A stretch of 64,000 nucleotides of DNA from Gemmatimonas sp. (GTDB taxonomy: Bacteria; Gemmatimonadota; Gemmatimonadetes; Gemmatimonadales; Gemmatimonadaceae). Below the pieces are notes generated by a model. It saw only the letters and a list, made by a program, of their open reading frames with translations. It made no database searches and was not told where the DNA came from. Below, one piece after another: positions 45,701 to 55,395 of the stretch. The first letter of the stretch is position 1; the number at the start of each line of letters is the position of its first letter. A program made the translations under genes and the position numbers. The stretch spans positions 1,920,001 through 1,984,000 of the forward strand of contig OZ257156.1 in assembly GCA_965279375.1 (NCBI GenBank), given 5' to 3'.

Positions 45701-46348
45701 ATGCGACATGTCTCTGCCACGACAACACCGTTCCGGCCCGCGACTCTGCGTTCACTGCGCAGTCCGCTGCTGACGCTGCTGCTTTTATTCGCGACGTCAG
45801 CCTGCCGAATCGAGTCGAAGGCCAACGGGACGGGCGATTCGAGAATGATCGACTCTGCGCGGAGCGCGACGACGAGTACCGCGACCGCCGATAGCGCGTG
45901 GACGTTGCGCATCGATGGCATGGGCCCGGTCAGCATCGGCATGACGGTCGCGCAGGCGTCGCAGGCACTGCGCGGAAGGTCTGACAACGCGCTCACCGCC
46001 GACACCACCAGCGACTGTCAGGTGATACTGCTGCCCGGCGCGCCCGGCGTCGTGCGACTGATGGTCGCAGACGGCTACCTGGGCGCGATTTACACCACCG
46101 ACAGTACGGTCAGGTCAGAACGTGGTGCGCGCGTGGGCGACCGTGAAGCGACGATCCAGTCGCTGTACGCCGGACGGGTATCGGTGGAGCCGCACAAGTA
46201 CGTCGAGCAGGGACACAATCTCGTCGTGTCATCACCCGCGCCGCGCGACAGCCTGTATCGCATCATCTTCGAGACTGACGGCGTCCGCGTAACGGAGATG
46301 CGTGCGGGGATGCTGCCCGTCGTCGCGTTCTCGGAACACTGCAGCTAG
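45701..46348 (+). CDS. Hypothetical lipoprotein
   Basis: LLLFATSA-C lipobox, DGMGPVSIGMT, EPHKY, IIFETDG and a terminal Cys. Confidence 0.75.
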   Translation: MRHVSATTTPFRPATLRSLRSPLLTLLLLFATSACRIESKANGTGDSRMIDSARSATTSTATADSAWTLRIDGMGPVSIGMTVAQASQALRGRSDNALTADTTSDCQVILLPGAPGVVRLMVADGYLGAIYTTDSTVRSERGARVGDREATIQSLYAGRVSVEPHKYVEQGHNLVVSSPAPRDSLYRIIFETDGVRVTEMRAGMLPVVAFSEHCS

Positions 46349-46385
46349 CCAACGCGCACCAGCCGCAACGCGGCTCTGGATCTGT

Positions 46386-47729
46386 TTACGGCTGCGGCGG
46401 CTTGGGCTGCGAAAAGCGCAAGATCGTCAACGCGGCACGCTTGGCCCGCACCGAGAGCGACCGCAAGTCCGCCGTCTCCTGCGGCGAGTGATCGTCGTGA
46501 CCCGCGAGCCCCACGCCATCGATGATCATCGGCACGATCCCCGCCACGAACGACACATCCGCCGCGCCGGCCTTGGATGGATCCACCGGCTGCACCGGGC
46601 CTAACCCCAGGTCGCGGCTCGCCTGATCGTGCAGCGCCAGCAACGCACGGTTTCCATCCGTGGGCGCCATCGGCGGATAGCCATCGTCAAACGTGATGCT
46701 CGCGCTGGTGTGACCCAGATTGGCCGCGACGATCTCGCGCATGGTGGCCTTGGTGCGCGCCAACTGCTCCGGCGACAGCGTACGCAGATCGCCCTGCACG
46801 GTCATCCGTTCAGCGACGATGTTGTTCTTGCCTTCGGCGTTGCCTTTGTTGGCCACGGCATCCAACGCCACGCGCGCACCGCCCAATGCCACGCCCGGGT
46901 TGAAGGTGAGGTACGCCTCCTTGGACAAGCGCGTGCGGAATGCATCGAGGATGCGCGCCGTCTCGAAGATCGCGCCGTAACCGATGCTGTCCTTGAAGAT
47001 CTGCGACGAATGCGCCGCCTCGCCCTTCACCTCGAGCTGCCACGACGCGGCACCGCGGCGCGCCACGATGCCCGTGCGCAGATCACCCGCGCCATCTTCG
47101 AAGCCGATCGCGGCCTTGGCACCCTGCGCCGCCTCGATCAGTGTCCGACGCGCTTCTGCCTGCGGCTCGCCGGCATGCTCTTCATCGCCGTTCATCACCA
47201 CCGTCACGTTCAGGCGATCGAGCATCCCCGCATCCTTGAGCGCTTCCAGCGCGAGGAGCATGATCACGTCGCCGCCCTTCATGTCGATGATGCCGGGCCC
47301 GCGTGCGGTCGAATCGGCGAGTCGCTCCATCTTCTGAAACGGACTGCTCGGCTCGAACACCGTGTCGAGATGCCCCACCAGCAAGAGCTTGGGACCGGGG
47401 CCCTTGTGCTCCGCGACGAGATGCCCCGCGCGATTGAACTTGGCACCGTCGACCCAGCGCGTCGTGAAGCCCAACGCGTCGAATCGACGACGCAGGATGT
47501 CACCGACTTGGCGGACGCCGGCGAAGTTCATTGTGCCGCTGTTGATGTTCACCAATTGCTCGAGCAGCGCGATCGCCTCGGCGTTGCGCTTGTCGATCGA
47601 GCGCGCGATCGCACGCTCGGCAGCCGACAGTGAATCGGTGACGCGCGCCGATGGTGTTGTTGACGGGGCGGCGACGGCGACTGGTGCGTTGAGCAGTGTC
47701 GCAGCGGAGAGCAAAGCGAGGAGATGCAT
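46386..47729 (-). CDS. Exported M20 metallopeptidase (glutamate carboxypeptidase-like)
   Basis: Signal peptide, LVNINSGT, GHLDTVF, GPGIIDMKGG and GDEE. Confidence 0.92.
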   Translation of the reverse strand: MHLLALLSAATLLNAPVAVAAPSTTPSARVTDSLSAAERAIARSIDKRNAEAIALLEQLVNINSGTMNFAGVRQVGDILRRRFDALGFTTRWVDGAKFNRAGHLVAEHKGPGPKLLLVGHLDTVFEPSSPFQKMERLADSTARGPGIIDMKGGDVIMLLALEALKDAGMLDRLNVTVVMNGDEEHAGEPQAEARRTLIEAAQGAKAAIGFEDGAGDLRTGIVARRGAASWQLEVKGEAAHSSQIFKDSIGYGAIFETARILDAFRTRLSKEAYLTFNPGVALGGARVALDAVANKGNAEGKNNIVAERMTVQGDLRTLSPEQLARTKATMREIVAANLGHTSASITFDDGYPPMAPTDGNRALLALHDQASRDLGLGPVQPVDPSKAGAADVSFVAGIVPMIIDGVGLAGHDDHSPQETADLRSLSVRAKRAALTILRFSQPKPPQP

Positions 47730-47787
47730 GCGGGGTCAGCGTGTGAATGGCGAACGCCGCAACCTGCGGCGAGATCGTCGCGGCGAT

Positions 47788-48972
47788 TTACCGGCCGCGC
47801 GTATCGGTCATGCCGATGCTGTTGGAGCGGTACGGCGCGAACCCGCGCCCCCAGTCGACGCCCACCACCTCGAGGCTGATCTTGGCTCCGTCCACATGCA
47901 CGATGACATAGTGAAACGGATTCCCGCCTGGATCGATGGACGGGCGAGCGAGATGTTCGAGCGCCAGCTTCTCGCTGGCACTCTGTCTCAGGTAGTCGCG
48001 CAGGTCGGGCTCGCCAGTGTAGGCGTACAGAGGCGCACCGCCTCCACCGCTTACGATCTGGTCAATGCGATGTGTGCCCGACGTATCGGTGTAACGTTCG
48101 ACCCAGTGCTCGTAGAGGTGCTCGTGCCCGGTCAGTAGCAAGCGTACGTGATGCTGTCGAAACAGCGGCATCCACTTGGAGCGAATGCCGGCCGCTTGTG
48201 ACTCGAGATTCGCGCCGCCGTGTGGCCCGGAGGAAAACGGCGGATGGTGGAAGAAGAGCGCGATGTTCACGTAGCGTTTGCGGTCCAGCCCTTCCAGCTG
48301 CGCTTTCACCCATGCGAACTGCGTTTCGTCGTTAGGGATCGCCGAGTCGAATGCGATGAAGAAGGTGTTGCCGAAGCCGAAGGCGTAGGTGGGGTAGTTG
48401 CTCAAACGACGCGGCGAACCCTCGGCGGGAATGAGTCGCGCGTTCGCCGCGAAATAGTTGCGTAGCCCCGACACGCGCCGCGCGTCGTTGAGGTCGGTGG
48501 CGCTTCCGACGTCGTGGTTGCCCACGGAGAGGAAGTACGGCACCCCGCCGTCCTGCGTCAGTCGATTGATCAGCGGGATGTAGCTGACGTTGAGCTGTCG
48601 TGCGATGCTGCCATTGTTCACCGCGTCGCCGCTCTGCAGCACGAACCGGATCGGATCAGCCGTGCCGGCCGCCGCCTTGATGGATTGCAGCATGGACTCG
48701 ATGACGAGGGTGTGCTCCGACTGCAGCGCCACCCCATCATGTCGGCCGCGCGTGTCGCCGTACGCGATGAACGAGAACTTCGTAATCGCCGCGGAACTGG
48801 CCTCCGACGGCAATGAAACGCGCGGTGCGAGCGATGCGACGATGGAGTCCTGCGGCGCCGCCGTCGGGGGCGTCGTCGTCGCTGTCTGCGCAAAGAGAGC
48901 GCGCGCGCCGAATGCGAGCATGCCGCCCGCGAGCAGTCGAGCACGAAGCCGAAAAGTGCGCATGGGAGACAT
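47788..48972 (-). CDS. Exported calcineurin-like metallophosphoesterase
   Basis: YGDTR, SGDAV, GNHD, HHPPFSSGPH and GHEHLYE. Confidence 0.9.
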   Translation of the reverse strand: MSPMRTFRLRARLLAGGMLAFGARALFAQTATTTPPTAAPQDSIVASLAPRVSLPSEASSAAITKFSFIAYGDTRGRHDGVALQSEHTLVIESMLQSIKAAAGTADPIRFVLQSGDAVNNGSIARQLNVSYIPLINRLTQDGGVPYFLSVGNHDVGSATDLNDARRVSGLRNYFAANARLIPAEGSPRRLSNYPTYAFGFGNTFFIAFDSAIPNDETQFAWVKAQLEGLDRKRYVNIALFFHHPPFSSGPHGGANLESQAAGIRSKWMPLFRQHHVRLLLTGHEHLYEHWVERYTDTSGTHRIDQIVSGGGGAPLYAYTGEPDLRDYLRQSASEKLALEHLARPSIDPGGNPFHYVIVHVDGAKISLEVVGVDWGRGFAPYRSNSIGMTDTRGR

Positions 48973-49077
48973 TGCGAGAGGACTGTGATGAAGAACGGGT
49001 ATGTCGGCGACCCGATAGAGCAGACGAATCGCCAATGCGTTGCTGAGGAACCGCCGGTGAACTCGGCGCAGTGCAGT

Positions 49078-50475
49078 CTACGCGCCCACGGCCACCGGCG
49101 CAGCACTCCCCGCCACCATCAGCCGCTTCCGCTCCAGCTCACGGCGCAGAAACCACAGGCTCACCGACATCTGCACAACGACCGTGGCGACGGAGAGAAA
49201 CCACAGCTGCCGCAACGCGAAGCCGCTGCGGCTGGCCATCCACATGGCAGGCACGGCAAACGTCAGCACGCGCGATGCACTGCTGATCAGTGAAGGAATC
49301 GTGTTGCCCAGCGCCTGAAACATCCCCGAGCAGGTGAAGATGATTCCGGTGGCGACGAAGTTCCACGAGATGACGTGCAGGAACTGGCTGCCGACATCGA
49401 TGGCCGCGTCACCATGCGCGAAGAGTCGGATGAGCACATCCGCGCGCCATTGGCACAGCAAGGTGAGCACGAGCATCAGCACGCTCCCCATCATTGCCGC
49501 TGAGCGAAACGTTTCGGCCGCGCGATCGGTGCGACCAGCACCCACGTTCTGTCCCGCGATAGGTGCCGCGGCAAAGGACAGCGCCATCGCCGGCAGGAAG
49601 ATCGCCTGCATCACACGCGAGCCGACGCCGTAGCCGGCCTGCGCGTCCGACCCGAAGTCGCGAATGATCCAGTAGATCACCGCGGTGTTCACGAACATCA
49701 GCGCGAACTCGCCGCCCGCAGGCAGGCCGATGCGCAGAATCCGTCCCCACACTGCCACGCGAGCCCGTAGCAGTTCCGCGTGAAAGCCGACGAACGTCTC
49801 GAGGCGCAGGAAGTAGAAGAACATCATCAGCACGCCCACGGCGATCGCGATCGTGCTGGAGAGTCCCGCACCGAACACGCCGAGCGGCTTGCCCGTGAAC
49901 CAGCCGGCAATGAGGACCGGCGCTAGTGCGGCGTTGATCACCACCGTCAGCATCTGCACCATCATCGTGGGCTTGGAGATGCCCGTGCCGCGCAGTGCGG
50001 AGCCCATCGTCACGAGGGCGAACTGCAACGCGAGTCCAGGAAGATAGGCGTACAGATAGGACGTACCCGCCGCGACGGTGGCTGCATCGGCCGCGACCGT
50101 GCGCAGATACACACCAGCCAAGGCGAATCCACCGAGCAGCGTCGCGAGGGCACACAGCACCGCCAGCGAGACGCTCTGGTTGAAAACGAGGTTCGCATCC
50201 TCGCGATCCTTGCGTCCGGCCGCATGCGAGATCAACACCATCGTGCCCACACCGAGAATCTGCGTGAGCGCCATGACGATGAACTGCACGTTGCCGGCCG
50301 AACTCACGCCGGCGATGGCCGCGTCACCTAACCGCGCAACGAAGTACAGATCGATGAAGTAGTACGCCGTCTGGAACAGCATGCCCGCCGCCATGGGGAC
50401 GGCGAGCTTTATGAGGTGCTTCGGAATGGAGCCCTGCGTCAGGTCCTGCACGATCGGCCTCGGGTGGTGAGACAC
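49078..50475 (-). CDS. MATE family efflux transporter
   Basis: DLTQGSIPKHLIKLAVP, DLYFVARLG..AIAG, LRIGLP and GQNVGA. Confidence 0.93.
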   Translation of the reverse strand: MSHHPRPIVQDLTQGSIPKHLIKLAVPMAAGMLFQTAYYFIDLYFVARLGDAAIAGVSSAGNVQFIVMALTQILGVGTMVLISHAAGRKDREDANLVFNQSVSLAVLCALATLLGGFALAGVYLRTVAADAATVAAGTSYLYAYLPGLALQFALVTMGSALRGTGISKPTMMVQMLTVVINAALAPVLIAGWFTGKPLGVFGAGLSSTIAIAVGVLMMFFYFLRLETFVGFHAELLRARVAVWGRILRIGLPAGGEFALMFVNTAVIYWIIRDFGSDAQAGYGVGSRVMQAIFLPAMALSFAAAPIAGQNVGAGRTDRAAETFRSAAMMGSVLMLVLTLLCQWRADVLIRLFAHGDAAIDVGSQFLHVISWNFVATGIIFTCSGMFQALGNTIPSLISSASRVLTFAVPAMWMASRSGFALRQLWFLSVATVVVQMSVSLWFLRRELERKRLMVAGSAAPVAVGA

Positions 50476-50520
50476 TGCGCCTCTGAATCGCTCAACATCA
50501 ACGCACTCCTCGCCATCTGG

Positions 50521-51132
50521 TCACGCACGGAAGACCTGGTCGGCCAACCGCATTGCGTGCGCGCGCAGGTCTGCGGGCCACGGTTCGGCGCACTCGGCGA
50601 ACCGTTCGGCGTTTCCGGCGAAGAGCGCCCGCGTCGCTTCCTCGAACCCCGGGGCGTTACCCAGCATCGCCGAAAGAAAACGATACGCCGACTCCTGTGC
50701 ACGGCGCACGCGATCGCGCTGGGCGCCCGCCGTCCGCGCCTCCTCCACGAGCTTCCGAATGGTCACCGAGGCTCCACCGGGCTGCTCGCTCAGCCACTGC
50801 CAGTGGCGCGGCAGCAGCGTGATTTCGCGAGCCACGACTCCCAGCCTCGGTCGGCCCGGACCGAGCCGGTCGGGGGCGGGAGGCGTCTCCGGGTCTGGCG
50901 CATCCGCGGCGATCTCCGTCTCGTCGGGGAGACGCGCCAGCACCTCGTCCAAAGAGCCTCGAAGGTCGAGTTCGAGCGGCTGGCTCGTCTCGATGTCGAA
51001 GACCAACAGCGGCCCCGCGAGCCCATGGTCCACGGAGCGCTTGGCGAGCTCTGCCACCGCCCGCGGTGACCCTGAGGCGATGTGCCGGGATCCGTCGAAG
51101 GCGATGTACTGCGGAAAGGCGAGGTCAGTCAT
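50521..51132 (-). CDS. DUF2239 family protein
   Basis: AFDG...G, GRPRLGVVAREITLLPRHWQWL..QPGGASV and GFEEATRALFA. Confidence 0.9.
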   Translation of the reverse strand: MTDLAFPQYIAFDGSRHIASGSPRAVAELAKRSVDHGLAGPLLVFDIETSQPLELDLRGSLDEVLARLPDETEIAADAPDPETPPAPDRLGPGRPRLGVVAREITLLPRHWQWLSEQPGGASVTIRKLVEEARTAGAQRDRVRRAQESAYRFLSAMLGNAPGFEEATRALFAGNAERFAECAEPWPADLRAHAMRLADQVFRA

Positions 51133-51169
51133 GGCATCGGAAAATGATTGTCGGGACGGCCAGAGCGCG

Positions 51170-51214
51170 AATAATGTCCGGGTAATTTACAAAGTCAATA
51201 CTATCCGGGTGAAA
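51170..51214 (-). promoter_or_regulatory. sigma70-like promoter with two operator-like direct repeats
   Basis: Minus strand TTGACT-N16-CATTAT. Plus-strand repeats AATAATGTCCGGGTAA (51170) and AATACTATCCGGGTGA (51197). Confidence 0.65.
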
Positions 51215-51333
51215 TAATCGCGGCCTCGATCTCGCGGGGCAGTAGAGCGCGCCCTGCGCATGACCTAGTCTTGAGGCTCGATTCGGGGTTCGACTGGGCG
51301 CCCGATCGACCATCATCTCACCCGCGGAACGTC

Positions 51334-53232
51334 ATGGCATTGCTGGGCCTGCAGGATGTGCGTGTCGCCTTTGGCGGGCCGCCGGTGCTCGATGCGGCCT
51401 CGTTCGCCATAGAGCGCGGCGAGCGCGTTTGCCTGCTGGGGCGCAACGGTGCGGGCAAGAGCACGCTCATGAAGCTGCTCGACGGGACAGCGGAGCCGGA
51501 CAGCGGTGAGGTCGTACGCCAGGGCGGCGTGACGGTGGCGCGTCTCGAGCAGGACATTCCGGTGGGCGTGGAGGGCTCGATCTACGACGTCGTCGCCGCC
51601 GGCCTTGGGCCTACGGGTGAGCTGCTGGCGCGCTACCACCAGGCCAGTCAGCGTGTGGCGACCGACTCCTCCGATGCGGCACTGCGAGATCTCGACCGTT
51701 TGCATCATGCGCTCGACGCCGCTGACGCGTGGCAGATCCAGACGCGTGTTGAGACGGTGCTGGAGCATCTCGGGCTCGACGCCGACGCGACCTTTGCGGC
51801 GGCATCTGGTGGGCGCAAGCGGCAGACGCTGTTGGCGCGCGCGCTGGTACGGCAGCCTGACGTGTTGCTGCTCGACGAACCGACCAACCACCTCGACATC
51901 GATGCGGTCGAATGGATGGAGCAGTTCCTGATCGATCGTGGCACGACGCTGTTGTTCGTCACGCACGACAGGGCGTTTCTGCGCCGCGTGGCCACGCGCA
52001 TCATCGAGCTTGATCGCGGCAAGTTGGTGGATTGGGGCACCGACTACGACACCTACTTGCAGCGCAAGGAGGCGTCGCTCGCCGCCGAGGCGCGCGAGTG
52101 GGCCGAGTTCGACAAGAAGCTGGCGAAGGAAGAGGTGTGGATTCGCACGGGCATTCAGGCGCGTCGTACGCGCAATGAGGGTCGTGTGCGCGGACTCGAG
52201 GCGCTGCGCGTCGAGCGCGCCGCACGTCGCGATCGCATCGGCACCGTCAAGCTGCAGGCAAGCGAGGCTGAACGCTCGGGAAAGCTTGTCTTCGAAGCGA
52301 AGGGCGTCGGATTCAAGCGCGGTGAGCGGGCGATCGTGCGTGATCTGACGACGACGATCATGCGCGGCGATCGCGTGGGGCTCATCGGTCCAAATGGCTC
52401 CGGCAAGACGACGCTGTTGCGACTGTTGCTGGGCGATCTCGAACCCGACACGGGCACGGTGCGCGCGGGCACCAATATCGAGCTGGCGTACTTCGATCAG
52501 CTACGCGAACAGTTGGATCCCGACCGCAGCGTCTTCGACAGCATCGCCGATGGCGCGGACTTCGTGAACGTGGGCGGCGCCACCAAGCACGTACACGGAT
52601 ATCTGCAGGAGTTTCTCTTCTCCACCGATCGGGCGCGCACGCCGGTGCGCGCGCTCTCGGGTGGGGAACGCAACCGTCTGCTGCTGGCGCGCTTGTTCAC
52701 GCGTTCGTTCAACTTGCTCGTGCTCGATGAGCCCACCAACGATCTCGACATCGAGACGCTGGATCTGTTGGAAGCGCTGCTGTTGGAATACAGCGGCACG
52801 CTGCTGTTGGTGAGCCACGATCGCGCGTTTCTCGACAACGTCGTGACCAGCACACTGGTGCTCGAAGGTGGCGGACGTGTGGGTGAGTACGCCGGTGGCT
52901 ACAGCGACTGGGTGCGGCAGCGAAAGCCTGTGAGTGCCGCAGCGCCCAAACGCGCCGCAGCTCCAGCGGCCCCGTCGACCAATGCGTCGACGCGCAGCGA
53001 AAAGAAGCGCAAGCTGTCGTACAAGGAGACGCAGGAGTTGACGGCCCTCCCCGATCGCATCGATGCACTGGAACAGGAGCGGGCGGTGCTCTATGCCTCG
53101 ATGTCCGATCCGGTTTTTCTGCGTGACGGCACGGCGGTGCTGCAGGCGAATGCCCGACTGACCGCAGTCGATGCGGAGATCGCGCAGCTAACCAATCGTT
53201 GGGAAGAATTGGAGACCATCGCGTCAGGGTGA
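51334..53232 (+). CDS. uup: ABC-F family ATPase Uup
   Basis: Two NBDs (GRNGAGKS, GPNGSGKT), WIRTGIQARRTRNEGRV linker and a C-terminal KLSYKE coiled coil. Confidence 0.92.
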   Translation: MALLGLQDVRVAFGGPPVLDAASFAIERGERVCLLGRNGAGKSTLMKLLDGTAEPDSGEVVRQGGVTVARLEQDIPVGVEGSIYDVVAAGLGPTGELLARYHQASQRVATDSSDAALRDLDRLHHALDAADAWQIQTRVETVLEHLGLDADATFAAASGGRKRQTLLARALVRQPDVLLLDEPTNHLDIDAVEWMEQFLIDRGTTLLFVTHDRAFLRRVATRIIELDRGKLVDWGTDYDTYLQRKEASLAAEAREWAEFDKKLAKEEVWIRTGIQARRTRNEGRVRGLEALRVERAARRDRIGTVKLQASEAERSGKLVFEAKGVGFKRGERAIVRDLTTTIMRGDRVGLIGPNGSGKTTLLRLLLGDLEPDTGTVRAGTNIELAYFDQLREQLDPDRSVFDSIADGADFVNVGGATKHVHGYLQEFLFSTDRARTPVRALSGGERNRLLLARLFTRSFNLLVLDEPTNDLDIETLDLLEALLLEYSGTLLLVSHDRAFLDNVVTSTLVLEGGGRVGEYAGGYSDWVRQRKPVSAAAPKRAAAPAAPSTNASTRSEKKRKLSYKETQELTALPDRIDALEQERAVLYASMSDPVFLRDGTAVLQANARLTAVDAEIAQLTNRWEELETIASG

Positions 53233-53297
53233 CGCTGCACCGCGCGACGCGAGGCCAGTGACAGCGGTCGAACATGCATTTGTTCGTCTGCTGAACC

Positions 53298-55382
53298 ATG
53301 GCGTCTTACGGCTCGGATCGGCACATTCGGGGCGTGAAGCTACCGTTGCCGACCTCGTTGACGCTCACCCAGCAATTCGCGCCTGCTGAATTCCGCCGCT
53401 GGGCGCTCACCGGCATCTCGGTCGGGTTGTCGGGTTACGTGATCTCGTTGGTGCTCAACCTGGTCATGTACGGCCCGGCGTCGCCGATGATTCCGCGGCT
53501 GGTCCTCTTCACCTGCGTTCAGGCGCTCTCGTTGGTATTGGCCGCCAAGGGCCGCGAAGTCCTTGGAGGCATCATCGCGCTGACGGGCACGTGGCTCGAG
53601 CTCCACATCGCGTTCATGCTGGAGGGTGGCTTCCCGCCCGCAGGCATGGTGGTGATGCCGGGGCTGATCTTCACCATCGGCTTGCTACTCGGCGCGCGCG
53701 CTGCGGGCATCACGACCGTCGTCACCATTGCTACGACGACGCTCGCCAACAGCATCTCGCCATCGGTGCGCGCGTCCGGCACTACGCCCGAGGTGATCAC
53801 GTGGCACGTGTTGTACGTCATCGCGATGCTGATGGCCTGGGCAATGGTCGGCCTGAGTCTGAAGGGATTCGCGCGAGTGTTCGACGAGATGACCGCGAAG
53901 GAGCGTGATCTCGCGGACCTCATTCGCTTCTCGCCGGACGGCATTCTGCTGCTCGACGGTGAGCGTCGGGTGCTGATCGCCAATCCTGCCGCCGAGTCGA
54001 TCCTCGATATCTCGGTGGAGCGCATCGTCGGACGTACGGTGGACGCGCTGCTGCTCGAAGCGACGCGCGCAGCCAACGTGGTGGATGCAGCGTCGCTCTT
54101 GCCGCAGGACACCGGCGCCCATCCGGTCGCGATCGAGCTGACGTCGAAGAACGGGTCCACCGTTCACGTCGAGGCCACCTGGCGACGCATGGAAGGCGAT
54201 CGTCGTCAACTGCTGCTGCGCGATGTCTCGGAACGCATGCGTGCCGAAGCACAGCGACGCGCGATGGAGAAGCATCTCGCGCACGCGCAGCGCCTCGAAG
54301 CCGTCGGCCAACTCGCGGGCAGCATCTCCCACGACTTCAACAACATTCTCACGGCGATGGGTGGCTCGGCGGAGCTGTTGCGCGACGAGACGAATCCGCA
54401 GGAGCAGGTTGAGCTCGTGGACGAGATTCTCGCGGCACGCGATCGGGGTGCGACGCTGACCCGCCAACTTCTGGCGTTCGCGCGCCGTGAAGCGATTCAG
54501 ATGCGTGTGGTGGATATCGCCGAGATCGTGCGCGGCATGGAGCGGCTGCTGCAACGCGTGGTTGGAGAGCAGCATCGATTGGAGATGCGGCTCGCTGTCG
54601 GCTGTCGTGTGCGAATCGATGTCGCGCAGCTGGAGCAGGCAGTCGTGAACCTCGTCTCCAATGCCCGCGACGCGATGCCGTCCGGTGGCACGTGCACGAT
54701 CTCCGTCGAGCGCTCTACAGACGCGGCGCGCGCGGCATGGGTGCGGTTGCACGTCACTGACGACGGCGCCGGCATGGCTGCGGAAGTCGCCGCGCAAGCC
54801 TTCGAACCATTCTTCACCACCAAGGCGCGCGGGCAGGGCACCGGTCTCGGCCTCGCGTCGGTCCACGGATCGGCGCTTCGCTTCGGCGGTACGGCGCGTA
54901 TCCAATCGGCGCTTGGTGTGGGTACGAGGGTGACGCTGGAGCTACCGGAGGTAGACGAAGCCCCCGACGAAGCTGTCGGCGCGCCGTTGGATCAAACATA
55001 TCGGCCGGGGCCGTTCTCAATCCTGCTGGCCGAAGATGACCCGGCCGCTCGGAGTATCGTGGAGCGCATGTTGCGACGCGTTGGGTATGATGTGCATCTC
55101 GCGGGTGACGGCGTGGAGGCGGTGCATCTCGTGGAAGATCATGGGTTGCGCCCCGATCTCGTCCTCACCGATGTGATGATGCCCGGGCTGACGGGTCCGG
55201 AAGTCGCGCGACGCATTCATGTGCAGCAGCCTGAGGTGCCCGTGCTGTTCATGTCGGGCTACGCCGAAGAGGCGATCGGCGATCTGGGCACGCAGCGTGC
55301 CGATCGCGACTTGATAACGAAGCCCTTCTCGAGCGCTTCACTGCTCGCGCGGATCAGTGAATTGCTCAAGACCACCGTCTGA
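53298..55382 (+). CDS. Membrane PAS hybrid histidine kinase/response regulator
   Basis: TM region, PAS, SHDFNNIL, NARDAM, FFTTK..G.GLGL and a receiver (AEDD, TDVMMPG, KPF). Alternative start at 53334. Confidence 0.93.
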   Translation: MASYGSDRHIRGVKLPLPTSLTLTQQFAPAEFRRWALTGISVGLSGYVISLVLNLVMYGPASPMIPRLVLFTCVQALSLVLAAKGREVLGGIIALTGTWLELHIAFMLEGGFPPAGMVVMPGLIFTIGLLLGARAAGITTVVTIATTTLANSISPSVRASGTTPEVITWHVLYVIAMLMAWAMVGLSLKGFARVFDEMTAKERDLADLIRFSPDGILLLDGERRVLIANPAAESILDISVERIVGRTVDALLLEATRAANVVDAASLLPQDTGAHPVAIELTSKNGSTVHVEATWRRMEGDRRQLLLRDVSERMRAEAQRRAMEKHLAHAQRLEAVGQLAGSISHDFNNILTAMGGSAELLRDETNPQEQVELVDEILAARDRGATLTRQLLAFARREAIQMRVVDIAEIVRGMERLLQRVVGEQHRLEMRLAVGCRVRIDVAQLEQAVVNLVSNARDAMPSGGTCTISVERSTDAARAAWVRLHVTDDGAGMAAEVAAQAFEPFFTTKARGQGTGLGLASVHGSALRFGGTARIQSALGVGTRVTLELPEVDEAPDEAVGAPLDQTYRPGPFSILLAEDDPAARSIVERMLRRVGYDVHLAGDGVEAVHLVEDHGLRPDLVLTDVMMPGLTGPEVARRIHVQQPEVPVLFMSGYAEEAIGDLGTQRADRDLITKPFSSASLLARISELLKTTV

Positions 55383-55395
55383 CCGTACTCGCCGC

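Noticed and set aside
30881..46008. Long antisense or alternative-frame ORFs (e.g. 30881..32695 -, 34429..36063 +, 44371..46008 -)
   Set aside because: They shadow well-supported genes, have no recognisable motifs, and are expected in high-GC DNA with few stop codons.
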